Positions 25,631 through 35,974 of a stretch of DNA of 44,255 nucleotides are shown here, piece by piece. Position numbers and translations under genes: made by a program. The notes below the pieces were generated by a model. It saw only the letters and a program-made list of their open reading frames with translations. It searched no databases and had not been told where the DNA came from. Each line of letters starts with the position of its first letter. Position 1 is the stretch's first letter. The stretch is taken from IMG/VR virus record IMGVR_UViG_2690316062_000005, one strand, 5' to 3'. This stretch comes from a virus (taxonomy: Duplodnaviria; Heunggongvirae; Uroviricota; Caudoviricetes).

Positions 25631-27695
25631 GCGTCTTGAATTAAGCGTCCGCAAAGGCTGGACACCCCCGCCGCGTATCAGTGTGCCGCAGTGGGCAGAT
25701 GACTATCGTAAGCTGGCAAAAGAGGCTGGGAGCACTTCGGGAAACTGGGAAACATCGACGGTAGAAATTGCCCGCGGACCGATGCTTGCCGCGACGGAGT
25801 CCGGGGTTCATATCATCACTGTAATGTGCTGTACCCAGTTGATGAAGACAGCACTGCTGGAAAACCTTTTTGGCTATTTTGCCCACCTCGATCCTTGTCC
25901 GATACTGCTGCTGCAGCCGAAAGAAGAAGCCGCTGAACAGTTTTCGAAAGAGCGTATTAGCCCGCTGGTAAGGGTGACGCCGGTACTGCGTAAAATCATC
26001 GGTGATTCGAAACAGAAAAGCTCGAAAGAAACCATTCTTTACAAGGCATTCACTGGCGGATTTCTGGCGCTGGCGGGTGCTGGTAGCCCTGATAACCTTG
26101 CGCGTCGTCCGATTCGTGTCCTGCTGGCGGATGAAGTGGACAAGTACCCGATAACCCGCGAAGGCGATCCAATTGCGCTGGCCGAAGAGCGTACAGCGAC
26201 ATTTGGCCTGACCTGGCTGTCTGTACGCGCCTGTTCGCCGACGGTGGAGGATGAGAGCCGCATTGCTGACAGCTACGCCGACTCCGATCAGCGCCGGGCA
26301 TCTGTGGTTTGCCCGCACTGTGGCCACCGCCAGTTCCCCGACTTTTTCAAACACGTTCAGTGGCCGAAAGAGGGAGATAAACACCTGACTAAATCGGCGA
26401 TGCTCTATTGCGAATGCTGTGGTAGTGGCTGGTCCGAAGGACAGCGCCTCAGAGCTCTGCACACTATTCGATGGCATCAGACGCGCCCATTTGAGTGCTG
26501 CGGGGAGCGGCACTCACCGCTGATGGATTATGACCTTGCCTGGCGGGCGGCAGACGAGGGCAGCGTTGAAAAGGTCTGGCAATGGTCAGAGTCGGAACGG
26601 CATGCGGTCTATCGCGCAATCTGCCCCTCCTGTGGAAAGGAGGCAGTCGATAACCACCACGCGGGGTACCAGGCATCCAAGCTTTTCAGCCCCTGGCAAA
26701 AAGATAAGCCGTCGGATATTGCGAAAAAATATATCGATGCGAAGGGCGATCCGGATAAGGAACAGGCGTGGTGGAATACCCAGATGGGGCTTCCGCACCG
26801 ACCTAATCATGGGAAACAGCTCCCTGTTGATGTTCTGCTGGCGCGCCGGGAAATATTTCCGGCCGTCGTTCCGGACGGGGTGGCATTGTTAACAGCTGGA
26901 GTTGATACCCAGGACGATCGCTTCGAAATTACGATCACCGGCTGGGGGAGAGATGAAGAATCGTGGTCGGTCGCGCATGACGTTATTTATGGTGACCTTG
27001 AGACGGAAGAACCCTGGAAGCGACTGGATGCATACCTGAAACAGATCTGGCGACGTGGTGACGGGCGCGGCCTGAATATCATGGCAACGTGCATGGACTC
27101 CGGTGGCCACCATACGCAGAAGGTATACGAATTCGCCAAAGAGCGTCTTGGCCGTCGTGTCTGGGCAATTAAGGGGGAGTCTGCACAGGGAGGTAAACGC
27201 AATCCTGTCTGGCCGACCAAACGACCATCATCGAAAAGCAAAGCCAGTTTCCGCCCTGTCATTCTGGGGGTTAACTCAGCGAAAGACGTGATACGCGGTC
27301 GCCTGCATCTTGAGCCACCCAAACCTGGCGCCGCCGCTGCGGGTTATATGCATTTTCCTGACGATCGCGATCTCGGGTACTTCAATCAGCTGCTGGCGGA
27401 GCGACTGGTTTACAAAGTCATTTCCGGGCAGCGGTACAGTATCTGGGAAGCAATACCAGGACGAGCTAACGAAGCGCTTGACTGCCTCGTTTACAGCTAT
27501 GCCGCGCTGTGCGGTCTCAAACATATGGGGTTAAAACTCAACGTCCGGGCCGCCAACCTCGAAGCCGATCCGGATAAGTTCCTGCCAGCGCCAGTTGGAC
27601 AGGAAGAAAAAATCAATTACGAGCTGCCGGGTGCGGTTATTGAAGAACCAGCGCCGGTCAAACGTAAGCGAATATCGCAACTCCTGCCGAAATAA
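25572..27695 (+). CDS. Terminase large subunit (lambda gpA family)
   Basis: About 707 aa; gpA-like ATPase/nuclease architecture; start uncertain (ATG 25572 chosen; ORF opens at a TTG at 25566); overlaps terS end by 59 nt. Confidence 0.85.
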   Translation: MSTNTSQSSESQSLTRQKIERLELSVRKGWTPPPRISVPQWADDYRKLAKEAGSTSGNWETSTVEIARGPMLAATESGVHIITVMCCTQLMKTALLENLFGYFAHLDPCPILLLQPKEEAAEQFSKERISPLVRVTPVLRKIIGDSKQKSSKETILYKAFTGGFLALAGAGSPDNLARRPIRVLLADEVDKYPITREGDPIALAEERTATFGLTWLSVRACSPTVEDESRIADSYADSDQRRASVVCPHCGHRQFPDFFKHVQWPKEGDKHLTKSAMLYCECCGSGWSEGQRLRALHTIRWHQTRPFECCGERHSPLMDYDLAWRAADEGSVEKVWQWSESERHAVYRAICPSCGKEAVDNHHAGYQASKLFSPWQKDKPSDIAKKYIDAKGDPDKEQAWWNTQMGLPHRPNHGKQLPVDVLLARREIFPAVVPDGVALLTAGVDTQDDRFEITITGWGRDEESWSVAHDVIYGDLETEEPWKRLDAYLKQIWRRGDGRGLNIMATCMDSGGHHTQKVYEFAKERLGRRVWAIKGESAQGGKRNPVWPTKRPSSKSKASFRPVILGVNSAKDVIRGRLHLEPPKPGAAAAGYMHFPDDRDLGYFNQLLAERLVYKVISGQRYSIWEAIPGRANEALDCLVYSYAALCGLKHMGLKLNVRAANLEADPDKFLPAPVGQEEKINYELPGAVIEEPAPVKRKRISQLLPK

Positions 27696-27703
27696 GGAAA
27701 ATC

Positions 27704-27967
27704 ATGTTCAACCGGAACACCAGCCTGCTTGCCGGCGCAATGACTGACGATCAGCTCAGGGATGCGCTTGCGAAAGCTCAGCAGGCGTACATTGATTTAG
27801 CAACCGGGAGCCACGGTGTTTCGTTTTCCTATACGCAGGGAGACGGGACGCGATCAGTGTCCTATCAGCAAAGCACCCTGGCTGATCTGCTGGCCCTGAT
27901 TCAACTTCTGCAGGCGCAACTGGGGATTATCTCTCGTCCCCGGAAACCAGCGAGGTTTAGATTCTGA
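27704..27967 (+). CDS. Head-tail joining protein gpW-like
   Basis: 87 aa between terminase and portal, as lambda W. Confidence 0.55.
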   Translation: MFNRNTSLLAGAMTDDQLRDALAKAQQAYIDLATGSHGVSFSYTQGDGTRSVSYQQSTLADLLALIQLLQAQLGIISRPRKPARFRF

Positions 27968-29604
27968 TGAATAAAGTACAGATACTGGGCTCTGATGGGC
28001 AGCCGTTGCGACAGCAGCGTCCCTCTATGCTGGTGGGGGGGAGCCGCGTACCTTATGACGCAGCTGACTCTTTCAGCGATCAACTGGCGAACTGGCAACC
28101 CGCGCTGTGGTCCCCGGACAATGAAATTAACATTTACCGGGATCGCATCGTGTCCCGCGCACGCGATCTGGTCCGTAATGACGGCTGGGCAAACGGTGCG
28201 GTCACACGTCTGCTGGATAATGCGGTTGGTGCCAACTTCCGCCCCATCATGAAACCCGATTACCGTGTTCTCAGAATGATCACCGGAAACAAGGCGTTTG
28301 ATGCGTCCTGGGCGGAAGAGTACGGAAAAGCACTGGACGGGCACTGGCGGACCTGGAGTAACGATCCTGGCCGGTATTGTGATGTTGAACGAAAACTCAC
28401 CGTGTCGCAGATGTTACGCCTGGGATTTCGTCACAAGCTTATTGACGGGGATGCTCTGGCCATTCTCCAGTACAGAACTGACAGGCTTGGTCCCGGAAGA
28501 GGGCGTTACGCCACCACGGTACAGATTGTCGATCCTGACCGCCTCAGTAATCCTCAGCAGAATTTCGATATGCCAAATGTCCGTGGTGGCGTTGAAATTG
28601 ATGCGGACGGTGCGCCGGTTGCTTACCACATCAGGGAGGCCCATATCGGTGACTGGTGGAGCGGGGCTAAAACCATGACGTGGCAGCGTATCCCGCGTGA
28701 AACTGACTGGGGCCGCCCGCATGTGGTTCACGATTTTGATCATGAGCGTGGCGCGCAGCACCGTGGTAACGGCATCCTGACTCCGGTTATTCAGCGTCTG
28801 AAAATGCTGGTGAAGTATGACCAGAGTGAGCTTGAGGCAGCAATTCTTAATGCCATATTTGCCGCTTACATTGAGTCACCCTATGACCCTGCGATGGTTC
28901 AGTCTGCCCTGGGCGAGACCTATGACGAGTCGGAGTTAGGCACTTATCAGGACGGGCGTGTTGAGTTCCATAACGATCGGCGTCTGACACTTCAGAATGG
29001 TGCCCGAATGCCCATTCTTTATCCTGGTGAGAAAATCACGACGGTTAACGCGGCGCGGCCCTACAGCAATTTTGAAGTCTTCGAATCTGCTGTTCTCCGT
29101 AATTTTTCTTCAGGAACAGGGTTGTCCCCACAGCAGGTCACCCAGGACTGGTCTGACGTTAACTACAGTTCTGCACGCTCCTCGTTGCTGGAGGCATGGA
29201 AAACACTGACTCGCCGCCGGGACGATTTTTCTACCGGCTTCGCTCAGCCCATTCTCACCGCCTTTGTTGAAGAAGTTCACGACAATGAGGATTTACCCCT
29301 GCCCGCAGGCGCACCTGATTTTGTTGACGCCAGAGCCGCGTATTCTCGCGCGCGCTGGATGGGGCCAGGGCGCGGCTGGGTGGATCCGGTTGCAGAGAAA
29401 AAAGGCGCCATTCTTGGTCTGGATGCCGGACTTTCCACCCTCGAGATTGAGGTGGGTGAAAACGTCGGTGAAGACTGGGAAGAAGTGCTTGATCAGCGCC
29501 AGAGAGAAATTGAGTCATGTCTTAAACGCGGATTACCGCTTCCGAGCTGGGCACAGGCTGACCAGTTTGCGAGCCAGACCATTACCGATCCGGAGGAAAA
29601 GTGA
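27967..29604 (+). CDS. Portal protein (lambda gpB family)
   Basis: 545 aa; ATGA coupling; position and size of lambda B. Confidence 0.8.
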   Translation: MNKVQILGSDGQPLRQQRPSMLVGGSRVPYDAADSFSDQLANWQPALWSPDNEINIYRDRIVSRARDLVRNDGWANGAVTRLLDNAVGANFRPIMKPDYRVLRMITGNKAFDASWAEEYGKALDGHWRTWSNDPGRYCDVERKLTVSQMLRLGFRHKLIDGDALAILQYRTDRLGPGRGRYATTVQIVDPDRLSNPQQNFDMPNVRGGVEIDADGAPVAYHIREAHIGDWWSGAKTMTWQRIPRETDWGRPHVVHDFDHERGAQHRGNGILTPVIQRLKMLVKYDQSELEAAILNAIFAAYIESPYDPAMVQSALGETYDESELGTYQDGRVEFHNDRRLTLQNGARMPILYPGEKITTVNAARPYSNFEVFESAVLRNFSSGTGLSPQQVTQDWSDVNYSSARSSLLEAWKTLTRRRDDFSTGFAQPILTAFVEEVHDNEDLPLPAGAPDFVDARAAYSRARWMGPGRGWVDPVAEKKGAILGLDAGLSTLEIEVGENVGEDWEEVLDQRQREIESCLKRGLPLPSWAQADQFASQTITDPEEK

Positions 29605-30467
29605 ATCTACCCCATCTGGCCCAGCGATTATTTAACACCCCGCTGGCGCTGCACCCGAGTAAAGCCGAAGTCATCATGGCATCCGTAATGGACCGATTTG
29701 GTATCAGTAAAATCGAATCTTCTCTTGCCATGGAGGATGACTGGTACGGATATGACGATAACCGGGGACGTGAATCCCGTAGTGATCCGGGTTATGACAA
29801 TGTGCTGGGTGTCGCCGTCATCCCGATATGCGGAACGCTGGTGCAAAAACTGGGCAGTCTGCGTCCGTACAGTGGAATGACAGGGTATGACGGCATTCGT
29901 CAGGCGTTTCTTACTGCGATGGAAGATCCCGACATTTCGGGCATTTGCCTGGATATCGACTCACCCGGCGGCGAGGTCGCTGGATGCTTCGATCTGGTTG
30001 ATGTCATTTACGGCTCCCGGGGGAAAAAGCCTATCCATGCCATTCTGACGGAAAGCGCTTATTCCGCTGCGTATGCCATTGCCAGTGCAGCGGACCGGAT
30101 TTCTGTTCCGCGCACCGGCGGAGTGGGTTCTGTGGGTGTGATCACCATGCACCTTGACTGGACGCAGCGGATTAAAGATGACGGTCTTAAAGTTACGATC
30201 ATCACCTATGGATCCCGCAAGGCTGAAGGTTCGCCGCTGAGAGAGTTGTCAGATGAAGCTCTGGCCGCCATCCAGCAGGACATTAACACCATGGGCGAAT
30301 TGTTTGTGAACACTGTTGCCAGAAACCGGGGGATTAGCGCAAAGGTTATAAAAAGTACCCAGGCCGCCTGTTTTATGGCTGCTGATGGCGTTGAAATTGG
30401 ACTGGCTGATGAGGTGTGTCCTCCTGACGCTGCGTTCAAAAACTTACTTGAAAAAACAGGAGCCTGA
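29601..30467 (+). CDS. Prohead protease / minor capsid protein C (S49, ClpP-like)
   Basis: 288 aa; GTG start after GGAGG RBS; S49 peptidase-like core (GGEVAG ... SAAYAIASAADRI). Confidence 0.75.
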   Translation: MNLPHLAQRLFNTPLALHPSKAEVIMASVMDRFGISKIESSLAMEDDWYGYDDNRGRESRSDPGYDNVLGVAVIPICGTLVQKLGSLRPYSGMTGYDGIRQAFLTAMEDPDISGICLDIDSPGGEVAGCFDLVDVIYGSRGKKPIHAILTESAYSAAYAIASAADRISVPRTGGVGSVGVITMHLDWTQRIKDDGLKVTIITYGSRKAEGSPLRELSDEALAAIQQDINTMGELFVNTVARNRGISAKVIKSTQAACFMAADGVEIGLADEVCPPDAAFKNLLEKTGA

Positions 30468-30468
30468 A

Positions 30469-31059
30469 ATGGCAAAGAAAAAGACGTTTAGTTTTGCTCA
30501 CCTCATTGGTCTTGGCCCTTCCGCTTCTGAGGAAGAAGAGGATAAAAAAGCCAAAAAAGCGAAAGCCCGTCGCGCGGAAGAGGACGAGCGCGAAGATGAT
30601 GCCGATGATGATGAGCGCGACGACGACGCGGAAGAAGACGAACGCGACGATGATGCTGAAGATGACGGCGATGATCCGGATGCGTCAGAAGATGATGATT
30701 CTGAAGACGACGGCGACGACGATCGCAAAGAGAGTAAGGCGGTAAAAAATGCACGCGCTGCTGAGCGTAAACGCTGCGCCCGTATTTTCGGCAGTAAGCA
30801 TGCAGCTGCGAATCCTTCACTGGCCGCGTCACTGGCTTTCAATACCGGGATGAGTTCTGCGGCAGCAATTAATGTCCTAGCCTCTTCGGCTCCGGCCGCA
30901 GCCGCATCTCAGCCATCCCGTAAACGCTCTCTCGATCAGCGTATGCAGGAAAGCCACCAGGTCCGGCTTAATCCGGATAGCGGACAGAAAGAGACCGGAA
31001 AGTCTGCGCTGGTAAGTAAAATGACCGGCCTCTACAACTCCACAAGAGGAGAGAAATAA
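30469..31059 (+). CDS. Acidic scaffolding-like protein
   Basis: 196 aa from ATG with AGGAG RBS; long Asp/Glu low-complexity repeat; position between protease and decoration/capsid genes. Confidence 0.55.
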   Translation: MAKKKTFSFAHLIGLGPSASEEEEDKKAKKAKARRAEEDEREDDADDDERDDDAEEDERDDDAEDDGDDPDASEDDDSEDDGDDDRKESKAVKNARAAERKRCARIFGSKHAAANPSLAASLAFNTGMSSAAAINVLASSAPAAAASQPSRKRSLDQRMQESHQVRLNPDSGQKETGKSALVSKMTGLYNSTRGEK

Positions 31060-31463
31060 TGGATCAGTTTGGTCAGAATGCGTTTGCGCCTGGCATGAAG
31101 AGCGCGCTGTTTGTTCCGGATCAGCTTGTCGCTGGCACGCTCCAGCTGGTGACTGACACCGGGATCATTACGGGCGGTGCCTTTAAGCGTGGTACTGTCC
31201 TGGGCCTGGTGGCTGCCAGCGGGAAATACACGCAATGTGTGAAAACGGCTGAAGATGGCAGTCAGTTACCCGTTGCTATTCTGGTTGATGATGTTGATGC
31301 ATCGTCTTCCGATCAGAACGGCGGCCTGTATCTGATGGGGGAATTCAACCAGCACCGAATTATTTTTGATAACTCCTGGACGACCGCTGACCTGAAAAAA
31401 GCGCTCCGACCGCTGGCTATCTTCCTGAAAGACAGTGACCAGGCACCTGTAACCACCTCCTGA
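31059..31463 (+). CDS. Head decoration protein (gpD-like)
   Basis: 134 aa directly upstream of major capsid gene. Confidence 0.55.
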   Translation: MDQFGQNAFAPGMKSALFVPDQLVAGTLQLVTDTGIITGGAFKRGTVLGLVAASGKYTQCVKTAEDGSQLPVAILVDDVDASSSDQNGGLYLMGEFNQHRIIFDNSWTTADLKKALRPLAIFLKDSDQAPVTTS

Positions 31464-31560
31464 TTTCCCCCACGGCTCTCCTGACGAATGCTTTAACCGG
31501 CAGGGGCTGGCTCGTTTAAATTTTTTGCCAGCTGCGGCTGGCACTATCAAGAGACTGAAT

Positions 31561-32610
31561 ATGGAAAATATTTTTGATACCAGCGTGCTGGTGCAGGTTG
31601 TTCCTAACCTGAAAACCAGTCAGAACTGGCTGCTCGATCGCTTCTTCCCGAATGTCGTGACTTACGAGACTGAAGAAGTGGCGATTGATGTTGATGTCGG
31701 CCTGCGTCGTATGGCGCCGTTCGTCTCCCCGCTGGTGGAAGGTAAGCTGGTCGAATCCCGTAAATACCAGACCAATACCTTCAAACCGGCATACATCAAA
31801 GATAAGCGCGCGCCGGACCTGCGCAAACCTATCCGCCGCCAGATTGGTGAGCGTATTGGCGGGGAATATACCGCTGCCGAGCGCGAAATGCTGAACCTTC
31901 AGTTTGAAATGACTGACCAGATTGACATGATCAACCGTCGTCTGGAATGGATGGCGGCGAGTGCGCTGGTGTCTGGGACCGTAACCGTCGCCGGGGAGGG
32001 CTATGAAACTAAGGTGGTGGATTTCGGGCGTGCTTCGGATCTGACCATCACTCTTAGCGGCTCGGATAAATGGCCACTGACCGTTGCAGCTGGCGCTACC
32101 AATACCCAGCCATCAGATGACATTGAAATCTGGCAGACTACTTTCCTGAAAGAGTCCGGCTCTGTCGCCACGGATCTGGTCTTTACGAATAAGTCATGGC
32201 GTGCATTCCGACTGGATACCACCATCAAGGATAACGCCATTACATTCCCGGCGCTGAGCCCGTTTGGTAACCAGATTAACGCCGGCCCACAGGTAATGAA
32301 GGGCGCAATTTATAAAGGGCGCTGGGGTAACTTTGACCTCTGGTTATATAACGACTGGTTTATTGACCCGCTGGACAACGTCGAGAAGCCTATGATCCCC
32401 GATGGCGCTGTCATTATGAGTGGTGCCGATCTGATGGGTACCCGCGCCTTTGGCGTTATCCTGGACCCGGCTTTCAACTACGGTCCGCTGGCTTATGCGC
32501 CAAAATCCTGGGTGAAAGAAGATCCAGCCCAGCGTCTTATCCTGATGCAATCCTCCCCGCTGGTTATTCCGAGCCGGGTAAATGCATCCCTCTGCGCAAC
32601 GGTGGTCTGA
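31561..32610 (+). CDS. Major capsid protein (lambda gpE family)
   Basis: About 349 aa from ATG 31561 (MENIFDTS...); upstream in-frame extension spans a hairpin and is unlikely coding. Confidence 0.8.
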   Translation: MENIFDTSVLVQVVPNLKTSQNWLLDRFFPNVVTYETEEVAIDVDVGLRRMAPFVSPLVEGKLVESRKYQTNTFKPAYIKDKRAPDLRKPIRRQIGERIGGEYTAAEREMLNLQFEMTDQIDMINRRLEWMAASALVSGTVTVAGEGYETKVVDFGRASDLTITLSGSDKWPLTVAAGATNTQPSDDIEIWQTTFLKESGSVATDLVFTNKSWRAFRLDTTIKDNAITFPALSPFGNQINAGPQVMKGAIYKGRWGNFDLWLYNDWFIDPLDNVEKPMIPDGAVIMSGADLMGTRAFGVILDPAFNYGPLAYAPKSWVKEDPAQRLILMQSSPLVIPSRVNASLCATVV

Positions 32611-32611
32611 T

Positions 32612-32992
32612 ATGGCAAAACAACCTAATACCGGGCTGGCTGATGATCTGAATGCAGAAGGATCTGCCAAAGACGGCCTGAGCGTTGACAACCTGAATGC
32701 TGGCGATAACACCCAGGAAAAACAGCCTTTGAGCAAAACAGATGATGCCGAATTGTCTGTTGATGACGATGGTGGTGACGAAAAATCCGGAGACACTGAA
32801 TCGCAGGAGTATGTGGTGTTGAAAGGGAATTGCATTCGTCATGACGGGGAGATGTACCGCGAAAATATGCGCATCCCTGTAACCGGCAAAGATGCTGAGC
32901 GTCTTCTGCAGTCCGGCGTTATTGCTGATGTTGATGTGCTTCGTAAGCGAGTTCTTGCTTCTCAGCCATCAGTTTCAGTTACGACAGGGTAA
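32612..32992 (+). CDS. Hypothetical head-associated protein
   Basis: 126 aa; acidic N-terminal half; position after the capsid gene. Confidence 0.45.
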   Translation: MAKQPNTGLADDLNAEGSAKDGLSVDNLNAGDNTQEKQPLSKTDDAELSVDDDGGDEKSGDTESQEYVVLKGNCIRHDGEMYRENMRIPVTGKDAERLLQSGVIADVDVLRKRVLASQPSVSVTTG

Positions 32993-32996
32993 TGAC

Positions 32997-33356
32997 ATGG
33001 GCGTGGACTGGGATTCTCATCTTCTGAGTCCGCTGCATGATGTCTTTGGCGATGAGCACGAGTACCGTCCACGTAACGGTACTCCTTTTACAATTAACGG
33101 GATTTTTGACCGTGGTTATGCGCAGGTTGCTGAAAACCTTGATGGCGATTCAGAAATTAACACCTCCAGCCCGATGTTGGGTGTGCGCGATGCTGAATTT
33201 CGCAAGCTGGGTAAATCGCAACCTGCTGTATCTGACCGGGTATTTATAAAGACGGTCGGTGGTCACATCATCAATCAGTTATTTGTTGTGTCAAACGTCG
33301 AACCCGACAGTCATGGCGGATCTCGTCTTGTCCTCAATGTGGTAAAACCGCGATGA
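32997..33356 (+). CDS. Head completion / head-tail adaptor-like protein
   Basis: 119 aa from ATG 32997; positional assignment. Confidence 0.45.
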   Translation: MGVDWDSHLLSPLHDVFGDEHEYRPRNGTPFTINGIFDRGYAQVAENLDGDSEINTSSPMLGVRDAEFRKLGKSQPAVSDRVFIKTVGGHIINQLFVVSNVEPDSHGGSRLVLNVVKPR

Positions 33357-33898
33357 ATTCAGCAGCGATACGGCAAATGGTTGTCACTGCACTAACCGGG
33401 ACAACCAGCGCGGGCGACCGCGTATTCTCTCCACGCGACTGGTCAACTTCACCAGATATGTATCCTGTGTTGTTGGTTCAGACGCCTTTTGAACAGAAAA
33501 AATCACAGGGGCGTAATACCCCTGCTTTTACCACCCTCACCACTGTCAGGATCACTGGGCGCGTTCAGGAGTATGACGGCGATACAGTGGATGATGGAGC
33601 CATGCGGGCAGAGCTGGCGCTTGAAAGCCTTCGCGAGCAGGTGGAGCGCGCGGTGATCAACAGCTACGAACTGACGCGGAATATTCAGAAATACGCGGAA
33701 GTTCGTTCAACCATCAATGTTGATTCAGAAGGAGAGGCCCATATGGGGCAGCTTCTTTTCGAGATCGACATAGAGCATTACCAGGGGCCGGAAGATTTTT
33801 ATCCTGTCCAGTCGGTTCCCCTTGAGGGCATGGATATTGCGGTCGATATGCCAGACGGCACAGTTAAACCGGGTATCAGCCTCAATCTTCAGGAGTAA
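33353..33898 (+). CDS. Putative tail completion / neck protein
   Basis: 181 aa; ATGA overlap; position before sheath. Confidence 0.45.
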   Translation: MNSAAIRQMVVTALTGTTSAGDRVFSPRDWSTSPDMYPVLLVQTPFEQKKSQGRNTPAFTTLTTVRITGRVQEYDGDTVDDGAMRAELALESLREQVERAVINSYELTRNIQKYAEVRSTINVDSEGEAHMGQLLFEIDIEHYQGPEDFYPVQSVPLEGMDIAVDMPDGTVKPGISLNLQE

Positions 33899-33901
33899 TC
33901 C

Positions 33902-34099
33902 ATGTTTGTTAAGCCGAACAACGGGCTCAGCGTTCGCTGCCCCGTCAAGGGCATCCCATTGCCTAAAGAGGGTGCTGAAGTACCTGACAATATTTTCTGG
34001 CGTCGCCGTCTGAGCGATGGGGACGTGATCCTCTCTAAAAAGGATGAGGGCGCGCCAGAGAAACAATCATTACCTAAAAAAGCGGGAGAAAATGAATGA
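33902..34099 (+). CDS. Small tail-region protein (DUF2635-like)
   Basis: 65 aa immediately upstream of sheath gene, as in Mu-like tail clusters. Confidence 0.45.
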   Translation: MFVKPNNGLSVRCPVKGIPLPKEGAEVPDNIFWRRRLSDGDVILSKKDEGAPEKQSLPKKAGENE

Positions 34100-35598
34100 C
34101 CGTACCTTTCGCTCGTGTTCCCGATAACCTGCGGGTAGGGCTTTTCTTCGTTGAGTTTGATAACTCAATGGCGAATAACGCCACTGCCACGCAGCGCACC
34201 CTGCTTATCGGTGGGATGCTCAGTACCGGCTCAACCCCCCCTGGTATTCCGCAGCGAGTTTCCTCTTCGGATACCGTCGGTGAGCTGACAGGAAAAGGGG
34301 GAATTCTGCAGGCCATGATGGCGGCGTATCAGAAAAATGATACCGCAGCCGAAGTCTGGATCCTGCCGCTGGAGGAAGACTCCGATTCCATGGTGGCTGC
34401 AACCGGCACCATTAAAGTGAGCAGCGCACCGACGGCAACCGGAGTGATCTCCCTTTATATTGCTGGTGAGCGCATTCAGTTGACCGTTGTAGCAACAGAT
34501 ACGGTGGCAGCGATCGCCACCTCTCTGGCCGCGGCGATTAACGCAAAAACCACGCTACCTGTAACCGCAAGTGCGACTACGGATACCGTAACCCTGACCG
34601 CGAAGAATCTTGGTGCTACGGGTAATGGGATCGACATTCGCCTGAACTTCCTCGGCTTACCTGGAGGCGAGTCCACACCTGCAGGCCTGGAACTGACGAT
34701 TACTGCTATGTCTAACGGAGTCGGGGCTCCGGATATTACCGGCGAGCTGGCAAACCTGCAGGATCGGACATTCGATTTCATCATCAACCCTTACGACGAT
34801 ACAACCTCGTTGAATGTGATGAAGGAGTTCCTGTCAGACACTGGCGGTCGCTGGGCATGGGACAAGCAGCTTTATGGCCATTCCTTTGGTACCACCACCG
34901 GGACTTACGCCCAGCTCGGTACCAAAGGTGAGCTGCGCAATAACCAGCATGAGACCCTGCTGGGCGTAAATAAATCGCCGTCCCCTTCCTGGGCATGGTC
35001 TGCAGCTTACACCGGCGCAGCTGCGGTGAGTCTGCGTAATGACCCCGGCCGCCCGCTACAGTCGCTCGCTGTTCAGGGGGTGCTTGCGCCAGAACTGCAG
35101 GATCGCTTTGAGCTGACCGAGCGTAACAATCTGCTGTACAGCGGCATTTCGACATTTACGGTCGATGACGATGGCACGGTGCGCATTGAAAACCTGATCA
35201 CCACCTACCAGAAAAACAGCTATGGCGATGCAGATGACAGTTATCTGGAAGTGGAGACGCTGTTCAGCCTGATGTTTGTGACCCGCTACCTGCGCACAGC
35301 GGTGACCAGCAAGTTTGGCCGTATGAAGCTTGCTGCGGATGGAACCCGATTTGCACCTGGCGCGGCGATCGTCACGCCAAACATTATCAAGGCCGATCAG
35401 ATTGCCGAGTACCAGACTCTGGTATGGAACGGTTATGCGCAGGATGCGGAGGCATTCGCAAAAAATATCATCGTCGAGCAGAACGCCAAAAATCCGAACC
35501 GCGTCGATGTGCTGTGGCCGGGAACCCTCATGAACCAGTTGCGCATTTTCGCGCTGCTCAATCAGTTCCGCACTCGGGCTGAATCAACAGGAGCTTAA
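34096..35598 (+). CDS. Contractile tail sheath protein (Mu gpL-like)
   Basis: 500 aa; followed by tube and chaperone genes in Mu-like order. Confidence 0.75.
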   Translation: MTVPFARVPDNLRVGLFFVEFDNSMANNATATQRTLLIGGMLSTGSTPPGIPQRVSSSDTVGELTGKGGILQAMMAAYQKNDTAAEVWILPLEEDSDSMVAATGTIKVSSAPTATGVISLYIAGERIQLTVVATDTVAAIATSLAAAINAKTTLPVTASATTDTVTLTAKNLGATGNGIDIRLNFLGLPGGESTPAGLELTITAMSNGVGAPDITGELANLQDRTFDFIINPYDDTTSLNVMKEFLSDTGGRWAWDKQLYGHSFGTTTGTYAQLGTKGELRNNQHETLLGVNKSPSPSWAWSAAYTGAAAVSLRNDPGRPLQSLAVQGVLAPELQDRFELTERNNLLYSGISTFTVDDDGTVRIENLITTYQKNSYGDADDSYLEVETLFSLMFVTRYLRTAVTSKFGRMKLAADGTRFAPGAAIVTPNIIKADQIAEYQTLVWNGYAQDAEAFAKNIIVEQNAKNPNRVDVLWPGTLMNQLRIFALLNQFRTRAESTGA

Positions 35599-35601
35599 AC
35601 G

Positions 35602-35973
35602 ATGGCAGGTGATACTACTAACCGCCTGGCGGGAACCGCCTATGTCACTGTTAACGGTGTGACGGTAATGGTGGAGGGCTCGTTTAAATACCAGGCTGCC
35701 ACCGTAAACCGTACCACCCTGACAGGGATGGATGGTGTGCACGGATATAAGGAAAAACCTGTGGCGCCATACATTTCTGCCCGACTGCGTGACAGTGGCG
35801 GAACGAATGTGCAGGGCTTTAACCAGCAGACGAACGTCAACGTGATCGCCGAGCTGGCTAACGGGAAAACTATCATTGGCCGTTCACTCTGGACGGTCAA
35901 CGTCCAGGAAGTGGAAAGCGAAGATGCAGTATTTGATGTTCGCTGGGAAGGCCGCGACGTAACGGAGAACTAA
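35602..35973 (+). CDS. Tail tube protein (Mu gpM-like)
   Basis: 123 aa; AGGAG RBS; directly after sheath. Confidence 0.7.
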   Translation: MAGDTTNRLAGTAYVTVNGVTVMVEGSFKYQAATVNRTTLTGMDGVHGYKEKPVAPYISARLRDSGGTNVQGFNQQTNVNVIAELANGKTIIGRSLWTVNVQEVESEDAVFDVRWEGRDVTEN

Positions 35974-35974
35974 G

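Noticed and set aside
25641-27524. Minus-strand ORFs of 70-290 aa overlapping the large terminase gene
   Set aside because: Antisense to a confidently identified terminase CDS; Arg/Pro-rich translations typical of GC-rich antisense frames.
30498-30842. Minus-strand Ser/Arg-rich ORFs (109-114 aa) in the acidic-repeat region
   Set aside because: Reverse-complement reading of the Asp/Glu-coding repeat; artefact of low-complexity DNA.
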